From assembly GCF_009914755.1 (NCBI RefSeq), contig NC_060928.1: a stretch of DNA of 64,000 nt. One strand, 5' to 3'. Shown here piece by piece: positions 42,440 to 55,520 of the stretch (its first letter is position 1; the number at the start of each line of letters is the position of its first letter). The notes beneath the pieces were generated by a model. The model saw nothing but the letters and a program-made list of their open reading frames with translations. It was not told the origin of the DNA and did no database searches. The stretch comes from the human T2T-CHM13v2.0 reference genome, Homo sapiens. A program made the position numbers and the translations under genes.

Positions 42440-43180
42440 GCGTTAGCCCCGACACAGAGGGCATGGGCCCCGCGGCTCCACCGGGAAGGGGGCTCGCCCG
42501 CCGGCCCGGGCACCCCCTGGTGGGGCCTCCCGCTCTCGGGCTCGGGCAGAACCCGCTGCTCAGGGGCCCGCGGTCAGGTCAAGGAATCCTCCTGTGGGCC
42601 TCGGCATTCCTCGAGGGGAGGGCGACTCCCGTCGGGCGGGCCTGCGCTCGGGGTGGGTCCGGGCTCCGCGGCCGGGATGGGTGAGCTGGGGAGGGAGGCG
42701 CCCAGGCTCGGGCAGGCGTCAGGCGCCGCGGCGCGTGGGGCTGTGCACGCGGTCACCATTTTCCTCCTGCTGGTCTGTGTGTCCCTCCGGCGGGAGCCGA
42801 GGCCGGCTAGGCCGCAGCAGCCCCGCGCCCAGGGAGAGAGGAGGAGGGGAAGAGGCCGAGGGCGCCCTGCTCCTGGGTCGCCGAAGCCCCGGAGGCTTTG
42901 TGTATTCGGAACCGGATTCACCACCTCCCCCGCCACCCCCGCCTCCCATTCCCGCTTTCTTTTTCCCTGACCGAAGTCCCAGTAGAGTATCCAGCAATTA
43001 GCACGCGAGGAGGGGGTGGAAGGCGGCGGCGGCGGCAGGGGTGGGGGCGGCGAGACCCCGGCTCTGGGCTCGGCCCCGCGCTCCGCCTGCGCTGCCTTCG
43101 TGCGCCACCTACCGGCTGCTCGGGGCTGCTGCGGCGGCCGCCAGAGCTGTTCCTAGGCGGATCTTGATCTCCGTGGACAA
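42440..43180. promoter_or_regulatory. CpG island / promoter
   Basis: Very high GC and CpG density against a CpG-depleted background; GC boxes (GGGCGG, CCGCCC-like); (GGC)5 and G-runs. Confidence 0.9.
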
Positions 43181-43280
43181 TAGACAATGGGATTTTTTTT
43201 TTGGAACAATGATTTATTTTTGGGGGTGGGGATAAGGAGGAAGGAGGGAGGGAGGGAGGAAGCAGTAGTGTGTTTGTCAT
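43113..43280 (-). other. Candidate non-coding first exon of a leftward-transcribed gene
   Basis: Minus-strand donor GCAGCCG|GTAGGT at 43113/43112, with most of the island lying in the putative first intron; TSS position inferred. Confidence 0.55.
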
Positions 43281-45127
43281 CGCTTTAGAAAAAAAATCTC
43301 TGTTCTATCATTGTTTCTGCATATCCATTATATTGAGGACAAAAGAATCCCGTTCTGGAACAACAAAGCCAAGGGAAATGTTTTCTGTGGCTGACATTTA
43401 ATTGTGTGCACAAGGTGCTACATTATCATGGGGAGAGATTGTAGAAAAGAATAGGGCAAGCCTCGGTTCAAAAGCCTGACTTTTCTGCTTTAAGATGTGA
43501 GCTTACATGTGCCCCATTTTAGATTGTCTCATATATCTCCACTCATGTTATACACGACGCACAATTCTCCGTTTCCTTATAGTTTTCCAACCCACCGCAA
43601 GCATTCCTTGCGGATTATTTTTGCACCACTTCCAAGGTCTATTCCTTTTACAGTTAACAGGGATCATCATGTTTTGCTTCACAACCTCTCTACATGTTTC
43701 TTTTTTAGAAGCTGTTAGGGACCTTGGAGAACACGTAGTCCAACCCTCTCATTTTACAGATGAAAGAGGTAGAATGCCTAGTCCAAAGTCACACAAATAA
43801 TTAGAGAGGGAGGCAGGACCAGACCTCTTGTTTCCTAATCCCTGGTCCCTACGACCTGCTATTTGATGTCCTAATGCCCAGCACTCCTGGACTTGCTCAT
43901 TCCATGGCCTCCTTTCTGGCAGGAGAAACCCCCTCACAGCGAGTTGTGTTCCACAAAGATGGGTGCTAATTCAGGCCGAGGGGACAGAAGTACAAGCTTC
44001 CTGGCTTGGTAATCCCTTTTACCCCCCTTTCTGCCCCACCACCTCTGTAGCGTGAAGAAGGGGAACAGTGTGGGTGTCATCTTAATTTATTCATTTCATT
44101 ATTTTGCTGTGATAAGTTAATATGTAAAACCTATTGCAGTTGTCCCCAACTCTCCAGAAAACATTCTCCCCTGGGATGCAGGGACTGAGCGCCACCTCTG
44201 ATACTGGGCTAAACCAGAAGCATAACAAGAAATGTGTTCCATCTTTGGAAATTGTACTCAGTGGTCTCTTGGCAAAGGTGGTTTGCCCTTGGGAACTTAA
44301 ATGATATGGATTTCTTTCTAAGGCTCATGAAAAATCCTTGGGAAGAGGCAGATAGCTGATCATGCTGTAGAACAGAGACATTTTTCTTATGCCACCTTCC
44401 AAAACACTACAACAGACGGCGCTCCCCTTTAAACTATTACTGTGTCACACTGAGACAGAAGAATTTTCAAGTTTTAAATGAGAAGCTCAGTAAACATCTT
44501 TGCACATCCAAAATGAGTCAACCCATCATAACAGCCTGCTTGTTTTAAAAGTTGTTCAGTCTGTTTAAAGCAAATAGACCAATCTCACAGTCTGCAGACA
44601 ACCAGACAACAAGCAGAGAAAATTTCAAAACAAAAGGCCAGAGCATTCCCTAACTCTCTTTAAACTGTCTTCTAAAAGCATAGAAAAGAAGAAAACACAC
44701 TTGGGTTGTAAACAATTTCTAAAGCTTTCTGCTGGGTTTTGGCACTCTAAGAGAACTGGTTTATACAGGGGCCATGTGACAGGGGCCTGTTAACAGGGAG
44801 CTTAGATCTCTAAACCTCCTAGTTTTCCTTTGTTTGTTCCTTTTTTTTTTTTTTTCCTACAGGGTACTGATTCATCCTGTCTCCACAGAAGGATCCACAG
44901 TTCAATGATATTCTAATATGGCAACCACACACTTACAAACACCTTGCCTCAAGGATTTTGTGAGAATCAAATGTGATCAAATGAGATAATGTAGGTGAAA
45001 GTACTTTAAAAAGCCTAAGGTACTCTTCAGATGTGAGGTCTTACTCCCTTGTATTTGAGCGTTTGAAGGCATTGAAATCATTAATTGGAGCACTGCTGTA
45101 ACTGTGCTGTAGAGCTGTGATTTGGCC

Positions 45128-45255
<128 letters not shown>

Positions 45256-45997
45256 TGGCCCGTTTTTCAGATAGGAACTTAGGGTTACACTTCAAGGGTA
45301 AAGCTTAACGTAGATTAGAGCATATTCAAATCTCATCTTAAAGAATATCCTCACATCATGTTGGAATCTGGTAAATGCTAAAATACTGGTGACTCATTGC
45401 TTCCCCAATGTCCTTATTTGGTAGCATGCAAATAAAAATGATCATTTTCAGATTTAGATTTTCTCAAACCGTGGTGCGAGCAGCTATTTTTACTTTTGCT
45501 TCAGTCACCATTCTCTGTAGTAGAAAGTGTATTTAGAGTTGTAAAAACTGTTTTTCCATTTGCAGCCTAAATTTAAATATAGGATACAGCCACCAAAGTA
45601 CTCTCCTGGTCAGATACAGGAGTCACGATAGTGAAATCCAGGACTTCTGACATGTAGTCCTCATTTCCATCCATTTAAGGACTCCATATCGCTAACTTCA
45701 CAAGTGCTTCATGAGACCATTTCCATAGCACTTCCCCTTAGGACACCTCAATTGACTTGCAGATGTTCTATTGCTAATTCTCTTAACAGTTGTATTTGAG
45801 AGTGGTGGGTCCATTGGAAAGATATCTGACTTGCAGAAAGTGAAACCTCACCCAGTCATCTGCCTTCTCTCTTACAGGCCATGGGACATATACCCTGTAC
45901 TTGGCTCCACAAGAAATGACTGATGTCACCAAAACATGAGCAAATCTTAGAACCCTAATTTCCCAATAGTTGTTGTCCTGTCCCACCAAAACCAAAA

Positions 45998-46137
45998 GTT
46001 GGGCATGGTGGCTCACACCTGTAATCTTAGAGTGTGGGAAGGCCAAGGCAAGAGTATCACTTGAGGCCAGGAGTTTGAGACCAGCCTGGGCAAAATAATG
46101 AGACCCCCATTTCTACAAATAAGTAAATTAATTAAAA
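45998..46137 (+). mobile_element. FLAM / Alu left monomer
   Basis: GGGCATGGTGGCTCACACCTGTAATC...TTGAGGCCAGGAGTTTGAGACCAGCCTGGGC. Confidence 0.85.
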
Positions 46138-49100
46138 GCCCAAGCCTGCTATCACATTTCTCCAGGGGTCAGAGCTGGAGTTTACCTCCTGCTCAAGACA
46201 CTGGCTGCTGGGTCAGAGGAGATTCGGACACATCACCTGGTTTAACCCCAGGACTCTATGTGACCTTCATCCCAGCCCTGACTCAGCAGCCTGCCCTGTG
46301 ACTAACTTCCTGTGACTGGGCTTTCAGATGTTGATGTTGATGATGTCCCTGCCAGGATAACCGGTCCAGATTGGCCAGCTGTGAGAATAATTCAAGTGGG
46401 TTTCAGGTAAATCACTTTCTGATCACCAATCTCTTTCTCTTTGATAAAATATCCTGTGTCTCTTGGGGCCAGGTTGGTGGCACTAACTCACTGGATGCTT
46501 ATGTTTATGAGGCTTTTAGGGGTAGTTAGATGAACCTTGCCAGTTCTCCTGTCCTGGCTGCCCTCTCTTGTTTCAGATTTTGTGATGGACTGGAACACTT
46601 AGACCCAGAATCTGACACCAAAGCCTGATGAAACATGGGGCAGTGCCTGGCCACCGAACCTGCCCCCAGAGCAGGTGGCTAGAGGCAGGAAATAAAGAGG
46701 ATGCTGGTAGGTGTTGCACCTTAGGCAACAGAGTGTGCTCTCTCTGCCTAAAGCCACCTGCCCTATACCCATCCCAGATGGGGGCTTGGTCAGTGGGGCC
46801 TCCTCCACCTCCCCTCCCCAGACTCTACCATCTTTACTGGGGACTTTGGCCCCAGTAAATTCTTGCAACATATGAAATGCCCAGTGGAAATGCAAAATAA
46901 TCACGTCATCTTTCACACATTTATGGTATGTTGGCAATGTTTCTAATAGCCACTAAGGGACAAGAGTTTATCTTTCTATCTTACATCTCATAAATCTCTT
47001 CCTTTTTTTCATCCCTAGTGTAAATTGTGCTTAGACCAATAACACATTTAAAATTATAGAGCTTTTCATCACTACGGAGATGCTCTTGCCTATGATAGGA
47101 ACGATGGCTACATCTGAAGCTGAGCAAATTTATCTTTTCTCTTCGTCTGCATCAGGGTGACCTCTGGAAGGTAAGTGAAAGATTTTCACTTAGCTGGGCA
47201 CAGGCTTTGTTCAAGGCATCTGCTTGTAAGAGCCAGTATTTAAGGGGGAGGTTTGGGCCTAGGGGAGAGCCTGGCAATCTGTGTCTCTGTTCTTCTTCAG
47301 AGTTTCTTTTTCAGACTCCAAACTGAGGGCGAGTCATCTGAGCTCTCTCACGGCGGTGAGGAGCCTGGGTTGTGTAAATATAGGTCAGTTATTTAACCTG
47401 TCTCTGCCTCAGTCTTCTTTGGGGATAATAATAGCTCTCATAAGTTCATTGTGAAGATTGAAAGCATAGAATGTGTGAAGAGCTCAGCACAGTGCCTAGT
47501 GCATAATAAGCACTTTTAAGTGCCAGCCAGCATCATGATCATGACTGTTTCTATCCTCCCGTTTCCATGTGGCAGCCTTTTGCTTTGCCAGGTCCCTAGA
47601 ACTGCTGGAGGAATCCATACACCAGAGATGTCGCTGCACTTCTGGCTACAGTGCCATGACTCTTCATATCAGTCTCTGCCTCTTGGGCAAGGAACAAGCA
47701 CAGGCGGAATTGGTGACAAGCTGGCAGAAACTCCAATCCCAGGCATGAGTGGGGTCCTCAGACAGTTCTTGCCTCTTCTTTCCACTGCTGACTGCTGTTC
47801 CTCACATAGGTCGTCCGGCTGCTCCCACTCTCAGCCTGCCACACCTGCACAGCATAGTGGACTGTTGCCAGAGCAGTCTGCGGAGGTGCTCTTTCCACCC
47901 TCCGCCAAGCACTTGAGCTCCATTGAGTCTTTCTGCCCACACAGCTCTAGAGGGCCCAGACCCAGGGTGGAAATAACCCCCATTTTCTGGCTGTGATGAG
48001 ATGTTTATTAGGTAGTTATTTCTCCCCAGATTTTACCCATATCAAATTGGAGAATTCATCTTGTCCCCTTTTCCAGAAGTACAACCTCATCTACCATTTT
48101 CTGCAGTGTTCCTTGGTTCTCCTTGAGGCCAGCTTCTGTTTCCAAATGTATAGGAGACATCTCTATTCCTATCTCCGTCAAACACTGGATTTTTTTGATT
48201 AAGGGTTACCCTAAGACATTTTCTACCCTCCTCCAGATAAGACACACTCCATGTAATTAGGCCGTCCTTAACCAAAGCACTTGCCCTTCTCTCTGGGATG
48301 GGAGGTGAATGCCATGCCAATCTCTCTCTCCTCTGACCTCACCACTTAAAGTTCCTTATTTACCAGAGATTCATTCATTGTAGAAGCTGAAGAAGCGCTT
48401 TAGATTGTGTCTGAGTTGGAGCACAGTGAATCTTCCTCCAGGGCTTCAGGGTCTGCTTTCTCTTCTCTTTCTGAGTTGTTGAGTAAGCCCCAAGAATAGC
48501 TTGCATTTTCTTCCCTTAGGAACCAAATCCAGTGTAGAAACTATAGTTCCATTTTTTGAAATGATGGCGTATCATATGTGCTGACATTTCTTCCTTATCA
48601 TGGTTCTCCCACCATGTATCTATCTATCAATTGATCTATCATCCATGAATGGCTTCTTGCTGGCTACACACTTACCTCTGAGCCAGAGTATTTTCACTAA
48701 AAAGCAGATGTGCCAAGATATGACTTACCGCTGAACAATGGCCTGGTTTTCACCAGATTCTGTTTGCTCTCAACAAGTGGAATTGGACGTCTCTTTCATA
48801 GCAGCATTTAATACAGAAATGCCTAGAAATGCACAGACAGGGTTATTACTGAAGCTAATATAAGTCAAGGGAAAAATGCATGGGCAAGGCTCAGAAACAG
48901 AGGAAACACCTTTGTCTACAAAAGGTTGGATATGGCTAAGAGGTGATCAATACTTACAAGATGAAAAAGGATGCCCATCTTTGATTCCTCTCTCTTTTGC
49001 AACCCCATGTCCAGTTGGTCACTGAGTTTTGTTGTCCTTTCTTCACTTCATAATATCTCTTGCATTTCTTTCTTGCTTTTCGTTCCTACTGTGCTCCAAC

Positions 49101-49235
49101 CCTAGTTAGACTCTTTTTATCTCATGTGTGGTCCATTGCAATAGCTTTCTCATTGTCTACCTACTGCACATATTTTCTCTTCAAAAATCGCCCTACAGTT
49201 GCCATTGGATTAATCTTTTAAAAGTACTACTTTTC

Positions 49236-49495
49236 GGCTGGGCATGGTGGCTTGCACCTGTAATCTCAGTGCTTTGGGAGTGCAGTCAAGGCAGAAGTTC
49301 GAGACCATCTATAAAAAGAAAAAAAAGTTATCCAGGCATGGTAGTGTAGTCCCAGTTACTCAGGAGGCTGAGGTGGGAGGATGGCTTGAGCCTGGGAGTT
49401 CCAGGCTGCAATGAGCTATGAGCACACCACTGCATTCCAGCCTGGGTGACAGAGTGAGACCATGTCTCCAAAAATTAACTAGCTAAATAAATAAT
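49236..49495 (+). mobile_element. AluJ with internal deletions
   Basis: Diverged Alu dimer. Confidence 0.85.
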
Positions 49496-50371
49496 GTTTT
49501 CTCAAAACTTACTTACCTGTAATCCTCCAATTTCCCTCTAAGAAGATGCCCAAAGTTCTCATCGTATAGCATTAGAACCCTCCATGAAGCAGCTCTTCAA
49601 TTTACTCATCTATTTCCCGCCATTCTTGATTAAACCTCTACTCGTGTCAAATGGGTTTACCTCTCCTCATCTAAAATTTGTTCATGCCATTCCAGTTCCT
49701 GGATACGCCCTTCCTTTTCCTTTCTGCCTTTCCAAATCCTCCCCCATTCCTTGAGGTTGGGTCAAATCTCACTCCCAGCTTGAAATGATCACTCTCCACA
49801 GAATACCCTGAGACATTATTTTTATATAATTAATTTTGAGCACTCAGCAAACACTGTCCCATGACATTTTCCCTAGTGTTTTGAGTTGCTGCCTAACTTT
49901 CATATGCATACCTCTCATCATATGTCCTGTGTGGTGAACTCCTCACAGATCTCACAGATGGTTGATTCATATTCTAACTTCCTTCCAAAGCCTTTTGCAT
50001 GAGCCTTGCACTAAGAAGGTATTCAATAATATTGGACTTAATTAACAGAAGAGAAAGCAACTGAAAAGGAAGACAAACTAGCGAAGCCATTTTCATCACC
50101 AGCAAAGAAATGACAGTTCCAGAGTTTCGTTCCTGTGCATGTTGAAGTTGCACGTGTTGAAATGATGGCGAGTGTGTTTTTCATAACATTACATATCTGG
50201 AAAGAATCTTGTGAGGTCATCTTGACCAGTTTCCTGGCTCTGAGTCATCAGAGACTAAAAGATCTATCATATGCTCGAAGAACCTGGAGAGAAAATTCCT
50301 CAGGTATTTTGGGCAATTGAGTCTCAGGGCTGTATCAGCTCTTCCCATAACAGTTCTCTCACTTGTCACTC

Positions 50372-50580
50372 TAGACCAATGTCCTGAAATTTTAGTGTAC
50401 TCAAATTTGCTGAACTTCTACAGTGTATGTTTAAAATGTAGGCTTCCAGGCCCACTCCAAAGAATAACATTCACTCATTCTGGAGTGGGGACACATGAAT
50501 CTGAAACATACATATTCTATTTATGTGTAATATATCCCAGGTGATTCTGATGCAGGTGGTCTGTAAAACACACTGTGAGA
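50372..50580. mobile_element. MER5-like hAT relic
   Basis: TTAAAATGTAGGCTTCCAGGCCC...CCCAGGTGATTCTGATGCAGGTGGTC...CACACTGTGAGA. Confidence 0.65.
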
Positions 50581-52389
50581 GAGAAAAGAAATTGTTCTGA
50601 TTTATTTTTTTTTAATTTTAGTTTAAGCATATTCATTCCAGGACCATTTGCCATGAACATTAAAAAACAGCTGATTAATAGTTTTTCTTAATAATTGCAT
50701 TTCCTTACATACATATTTTTAGCCTCATGTATATTAAGAGCTCTCTATGTTAAGTTGAACTCGATGTTCAACACATTCATTGAGCACCTATGTGCCAGGC
50801 ATCATAGCTATCAAGATGAATGAGTTAGGTACTAAGGTAGATTGATCCTCATTCTTAGGAAGCTCATAGTTTAGTGGGAAAGTGAAAAACTGTGATAATG
50901 GTGGTGATGACCTATTACCTTTCATCCAAAGTTTGTAGACATTATATATGTTTGTGGCAGTCCAGCAGGAGCAGAGACTTGGGGTTTGTTGTCCGTGGCA
51001 CTAGGCAGAAGAGTATGTAACATGCCCCCTTGCTCTGGCTCCTGACTCTGTGCCTTTAGGGCTAATGAAAAGAAAATGCCATCACCCCACCACTCCAACA
51101 GCTCTCCAAGAGCAGTGAGCATTGGTCAGTCAGTCAACTATGTCTTACTGAACATTTGGAATGACCAGCACTCTGTAAGGCATTTGCAGAGGATGTTGCT
51201 CCCTTCCCATACCCCAGACTTTGCCACAATAGTGCTCCATGCCTTCCCCATTCATTTGGGTCCCTTTGATTTCCCTGCCACCAACAGAAAAGGCTGAGTG
51301 CCCTCTGCATTCATGAAATATTTAGTGAGTACTCCAATGTGCAAGGCACTTGCTAAATGATGTGATGAATACAAAAATGAATCCAACACAGATTCTACTC
51401 TTAAGGAGCTTACAGTCTAGTGCTGAGATGCATCATGTACCAGTTACAAAGTAGAATATAAGCAAATATACCATGGGGTTGCTTCCAGCCAGGAATGGGA
51501 AAGGGGGCTGAAGGTACAGAGGGATAAGGAGTGAGGAGTGTTGTGCAAAGGGGAGGTGAGTTTGGGCTGGAGGTGTTGAAGGATATCCGGTGAAGATGAC
51601 CAGCAAGGAGTTAGAGAATGTGTGACCAGGGCTTGGAAGGAGGGAAAGGCAAGGGACACTGGTGTCATATGAAGCAGGACTGGATTCTATTGTCAAAAGA
51701 GTGCAGCAGGCCAGAGAAGGAGAATTAAAACACAAGAGAGGTGTCTCAGATATGCCATCTTTTCTTATTAGACCTCAATTTAATCACTGAGAAGTTGAAT
51801 TTAGTGTTTGAAAGATGAATTAAAACATTCCATTTCCTGATGTAACTCAGAAAATACATTTTCATTGTTTCCCTGCCTTTTCTTGGGTGATGGGCTTTGA
51901 ATATTTCCATGTAGTTTGACCAGGGTCTCTATTAGACCTATGAAAGAAAGGCTTTTTGTACTAGACTAGTGCCTCCGTGTTTGTTTTATTCAGGAAAAAA
52001 ATGGAAGGAACTACAGAGGGAAGAAAGGAAAAAGGAGAAAGAGAACAAGGTCTCTGTTTATGGGCACCTTTGTTTGCTGAAGATTGAGGAGAAACATTGT
52101 GGATTCTGATTGTGACTTGCTTGAGGTGAAATGTGTTCTTTATAAGGCCGGGCTTGCTCTCAGGGCTTTGAAGGACTCCATGTTGAAGACCTCCTATCTT
52201 TGGCACATTGGATTAAAACTATAATCTCCAAAACACTGCCCTACAGTCCTTTTGTGCTGTGCTTTCTCTCTTTGCTTGTCTTTCTATATCTTCTCCTGTT
52301 TCTGCTATAGAGTGTTGGGCTCAATGATAGTGGCTCCTTGAATAGGAGCAGAGGAAAGCGAGGTGGGGGAAGAAATAGCTATGAGAGAA

Positions 52390-52792
52390 CGTATTAGTCG
52401 GTTCTCACACTGCTATAAAGAACTACCTGAGACTGGCTAATTTATAAAGAAAAGAGGTTTAATTGACACACAGTTCCACATGCTGTACAGGAGGCTTGGC
52501 TGGGGAGGCCTCAGGAAACTTACAATTATGGCGGAGGGGCGAAGGGGAAGCAAGAACCTCTTACATGGCAGCAGGAGAGAGAGAGAGAGAGAGAGTGAAG
52601 GGGGAGGTGCTTCAGAATTTCAAACAACCAGATCTTTTGAGACTTCTATCAGGAAACAGCCCCAGGTAGATAGTGCTAAGCCATTAGAAACCACCCCATG
52701 ATCCAATCACCTCCTGCCAGGCCCCCCCTCCAACCCTGAGGATCACAACTCGAGATGAGATTTGGGTGGGGACACAGAGTCAAACCATATCA
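52390..52792 (-). mobile_element. MSTA-like MaLR solo LTR
   Basis: GTATTAGTC.GTTCTCACACTGCTATAAAGAACTACCTGAGACTGG ... GAGATTTGGGTGGGGACACAGAG.CAAACCATATCA; 5-bp TSD GAGAA on both sides. Confidence 0.92.
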
Positions 52793-53762
52793 GAGAATAA
52801 CACCAAAGTGTTGATTTGAAAATTTTCTTAGAGTAACTGTTTAGGCACAGGCAAATTAAAATCCTGTGCATAATCCTGTTTGGGTGCATTTGCATCTCTT
52901 TAAACTATCTCATACAGCTGGATGTCATCCTTGGAGGGAAGTCTAGTGGAGCTCATGGCCAGAGTACCTAGCAAATTTTCAAAGACCTTGTGACTTATGT
53001 TTACTTGCTTGGCAATGATGTTCCTGTGAGAAGCATGAGACCTTGTCTTCCACAGAGCAATTTAGGACCATCAGTGTTACAGAGACTCCAACCAACTTGC
53101 ACAGGTAAGCCAACTAGAATTTGCTGATGTACAGCTAAAAGAAGGGTGAGCATGAGGCCGGGGACTCTGCATTCCACATCTGTGCTCAGAGACTCTCCCT
53201 GAGCCACGTGCAGAGCAGCTGTGGGTGAGAGGTGAGCTGCTCGCTGCTGAAACACCCCATTTGGTGAAGCAGGCCTTTGTTTGAGATGACACCGGGAGTG
53301 AAAGCAGGTTATCATCACTATACCCAGTGGTCTGACAGAGCAAATGGAAGAACTCGGTGAGGTGAGGAGAGGTGAGAGAGGTGAGGAAAAGATTAGCGAG
53401 GCTCAAATGGGATAATTGGAAAAGCAGGGGCAGGCAGTAAATTATGCCCCTTTTACTTGGCTTAGTTATCATATCACCCCGAATGGGTGAAATAGGTCAG
53501 CAACCCATGGGTGAAAAGCAAACTCAGGAAGGGTCACAGAGGTGAGCTAAGAACCGAGCTCCGAGGACACTTTCAGGAGCCTGTGGAAACCGTGTTGCTG
53601 GATTTTCATGCTTAGAAAGAGAAACAGGACAGAATAAGTCAATAGAGTCTTCTGGGATTGTCTGGAGGTCTTTTTCATCTTGTCAGAACCTAGACCTATC
53701 AGTAGGAAACAGGTTGAAAAGTCTCACAAATGAAGAGGCAAATAAAGCAAGGGAGTGGTAAT

Positions 53763-54060
53763 TGTTTTGTTTTTTAAGAGACAGGGTCGCTTGCTGTTGC
53801 CTAGGCTGGAGTGCAGTGGTACAATCACTGTTCACTTCAGCCTTGAACTCCTGGGCTCAGGCAAATCTCCTGCCTCAGCCTCCTGAGTAGCTGGGGCTAT
53901 AGGCATGCACCACCACGCCCAGCTAATTTTAAAAACATGTTTTTTAGAGATGGGGGTCTCACCATGTTGCTCCGGCTGGTCTTGAACTTCCAGCTCCAGT
54001 GATCATCCCTTCTCAGCCTCCTGAGTTGCTGGAATTATAGGTGCCTGCCACCATGACTGG
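53763..54060 (-). mobile_element. AluJ
   Basis: Diverged Alu dimer. Confidence 0.88.
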
Positions 54061-54299
54061 AAGGAAGTGGTGGTTAATGTGGGTTCTGGACTGCTTACTT
54101 TTGCCTCCCACCCCAACTTGCAACCTTGTTCTGTGACCTTAGGAAGTTACTTTACCTCTTTGTGCCTTGGTTTCCTTATGTGTGACAGGGAAATAATAAT
54201 TGTACCTAGACCTTCATACGTATAAAGATCTTAGTTCCTAGCACTCTTAAGTTCCTAGCAGTTAGAATACATTCAAAAAGACTAGCTGAGAAACACTTG

Positions 54300-54970
54300 A
54301 GAGAATGGTTTCGATGCCCTTGAGGTCATTTTGGACATTGGCAGGGACTTCTTTTGGTGGTTACAAGGATAGGGATACTACTATCATTTAGTGGGTGGAG
54401 GCCAACCAAAACAATTCATCCTGTATCCCACATGACTTTTGAGTGTTCTCATCTGGGATGTACACATCCCGATAGGTGAAAAACCTAATATTATTGGAAC
54501 TTAGAATCTAACTCAGTTTTAAAAAATTTCATGAGTTCTTTTTGCATTGTTTTCACATACACTGAATTTTGAATGATCATACCAATCAAGAAGATTATGC
54601 TCTGCTTCGTTTAGAGTGCTGTCAGGAGTGGTTCCCCATTTCAGAAAGTCACCTCACTGATGACAAAAACAATGACCTGTCGGAGCTGCATTTGTAACTA
54701 TTATGTTTCTAAGGCCTCTACGCATCATGAGGCCTCATGACTTGATTGTGACTTCTAGCGTAGCTATGCCTGGGCGTGAATATATATATATTGAAATGCA
54801 CATGATTTTATTATAAATAATGTTGTGTCTCTTTTATATCAGTTAGGGCATTGTGTTGATTTCTTCTTGAAATGTATGAGGATGAGTTATGCATATTAAT
54901 TTTATTGAGGATATTAAAAGGCCATTATAAAACAGTTGTTTTAAAAAGGAGGTTTAGCTGTGATAGGTTT
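54300..54970. mobile_element. Old hAT-Charlie relic (MER20B-like)
   Basis: TTTTGGTGGTTACAA...TACTACT..CATTTAGTGGGT.GAGGCCA motif. Confidence 0.5.
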
Positions 54971-55152
54971 TTGGAGCTAAGCTCAGCATAATCATAATGG
55001 TTGTAGTTCCCAAAAGTCGGTCCCTGAGTCAAGGAAATCAGAACCCAAAGAAAGGGTATTTCACTTGCTCTCAGTTTGCCTGTTCTCTTTTAGCCGGGTA
55101 TTTAAATGCTTATGTGGTGGTCAGAGCATTTCGGTATATTGCATGTATCTTC

Positions 55153-55520
55153 TGTTAAAAGAAAAACTTCAGTGGCACTAAAATTAGAAGAGTTTTATTG
55201 AACAATGAACAATTTGCAAATCGGGCAGCCTCCTGAGCCACAATAGGCTCTGAGACTTCAGCGCAGCCACGTGGTGGAAGACTTATGGACAGAAAAGGGA
55301 AACTGACTTACAGAAAATGGAAGTGAGGTCCAGAAACAGCTGGATTGGTTATAGCTCAGCATTTGCCTTATTTGAACATGGTTTAAACATCTGGCCACAT
55401 TTGATTGATCAAAATTTGGTGATTGGCACAAGAGTAGACTACAGTTTGTTTACTTCCATGTAGGCTATAGTTCACGATGTACAGAGCAACCTTTAGCTTT
55501 AGGTTAAACTTGATTTAACA
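55153..55520 (-). mobile_element. MER57-family solo LTR
   Basis: TGTTAAAAGAAAAACTT...CAGCGCAGCCACGTGGTGGAAGA...GCCTTATTTGAACA...TTTAACA; TSD CTTC/CTAC. Confidence 0.85.

Noticed and set aside
42266-43280. Several long overlapping ORFs (up to 234 aa) over the CpG island
   Set aside because: They are open in many frames on both strands, are Arg/Gly/Pro-rich and mostly use non-ATG starts. This is expected from stop-codon scarcity in GC-rich DNA.
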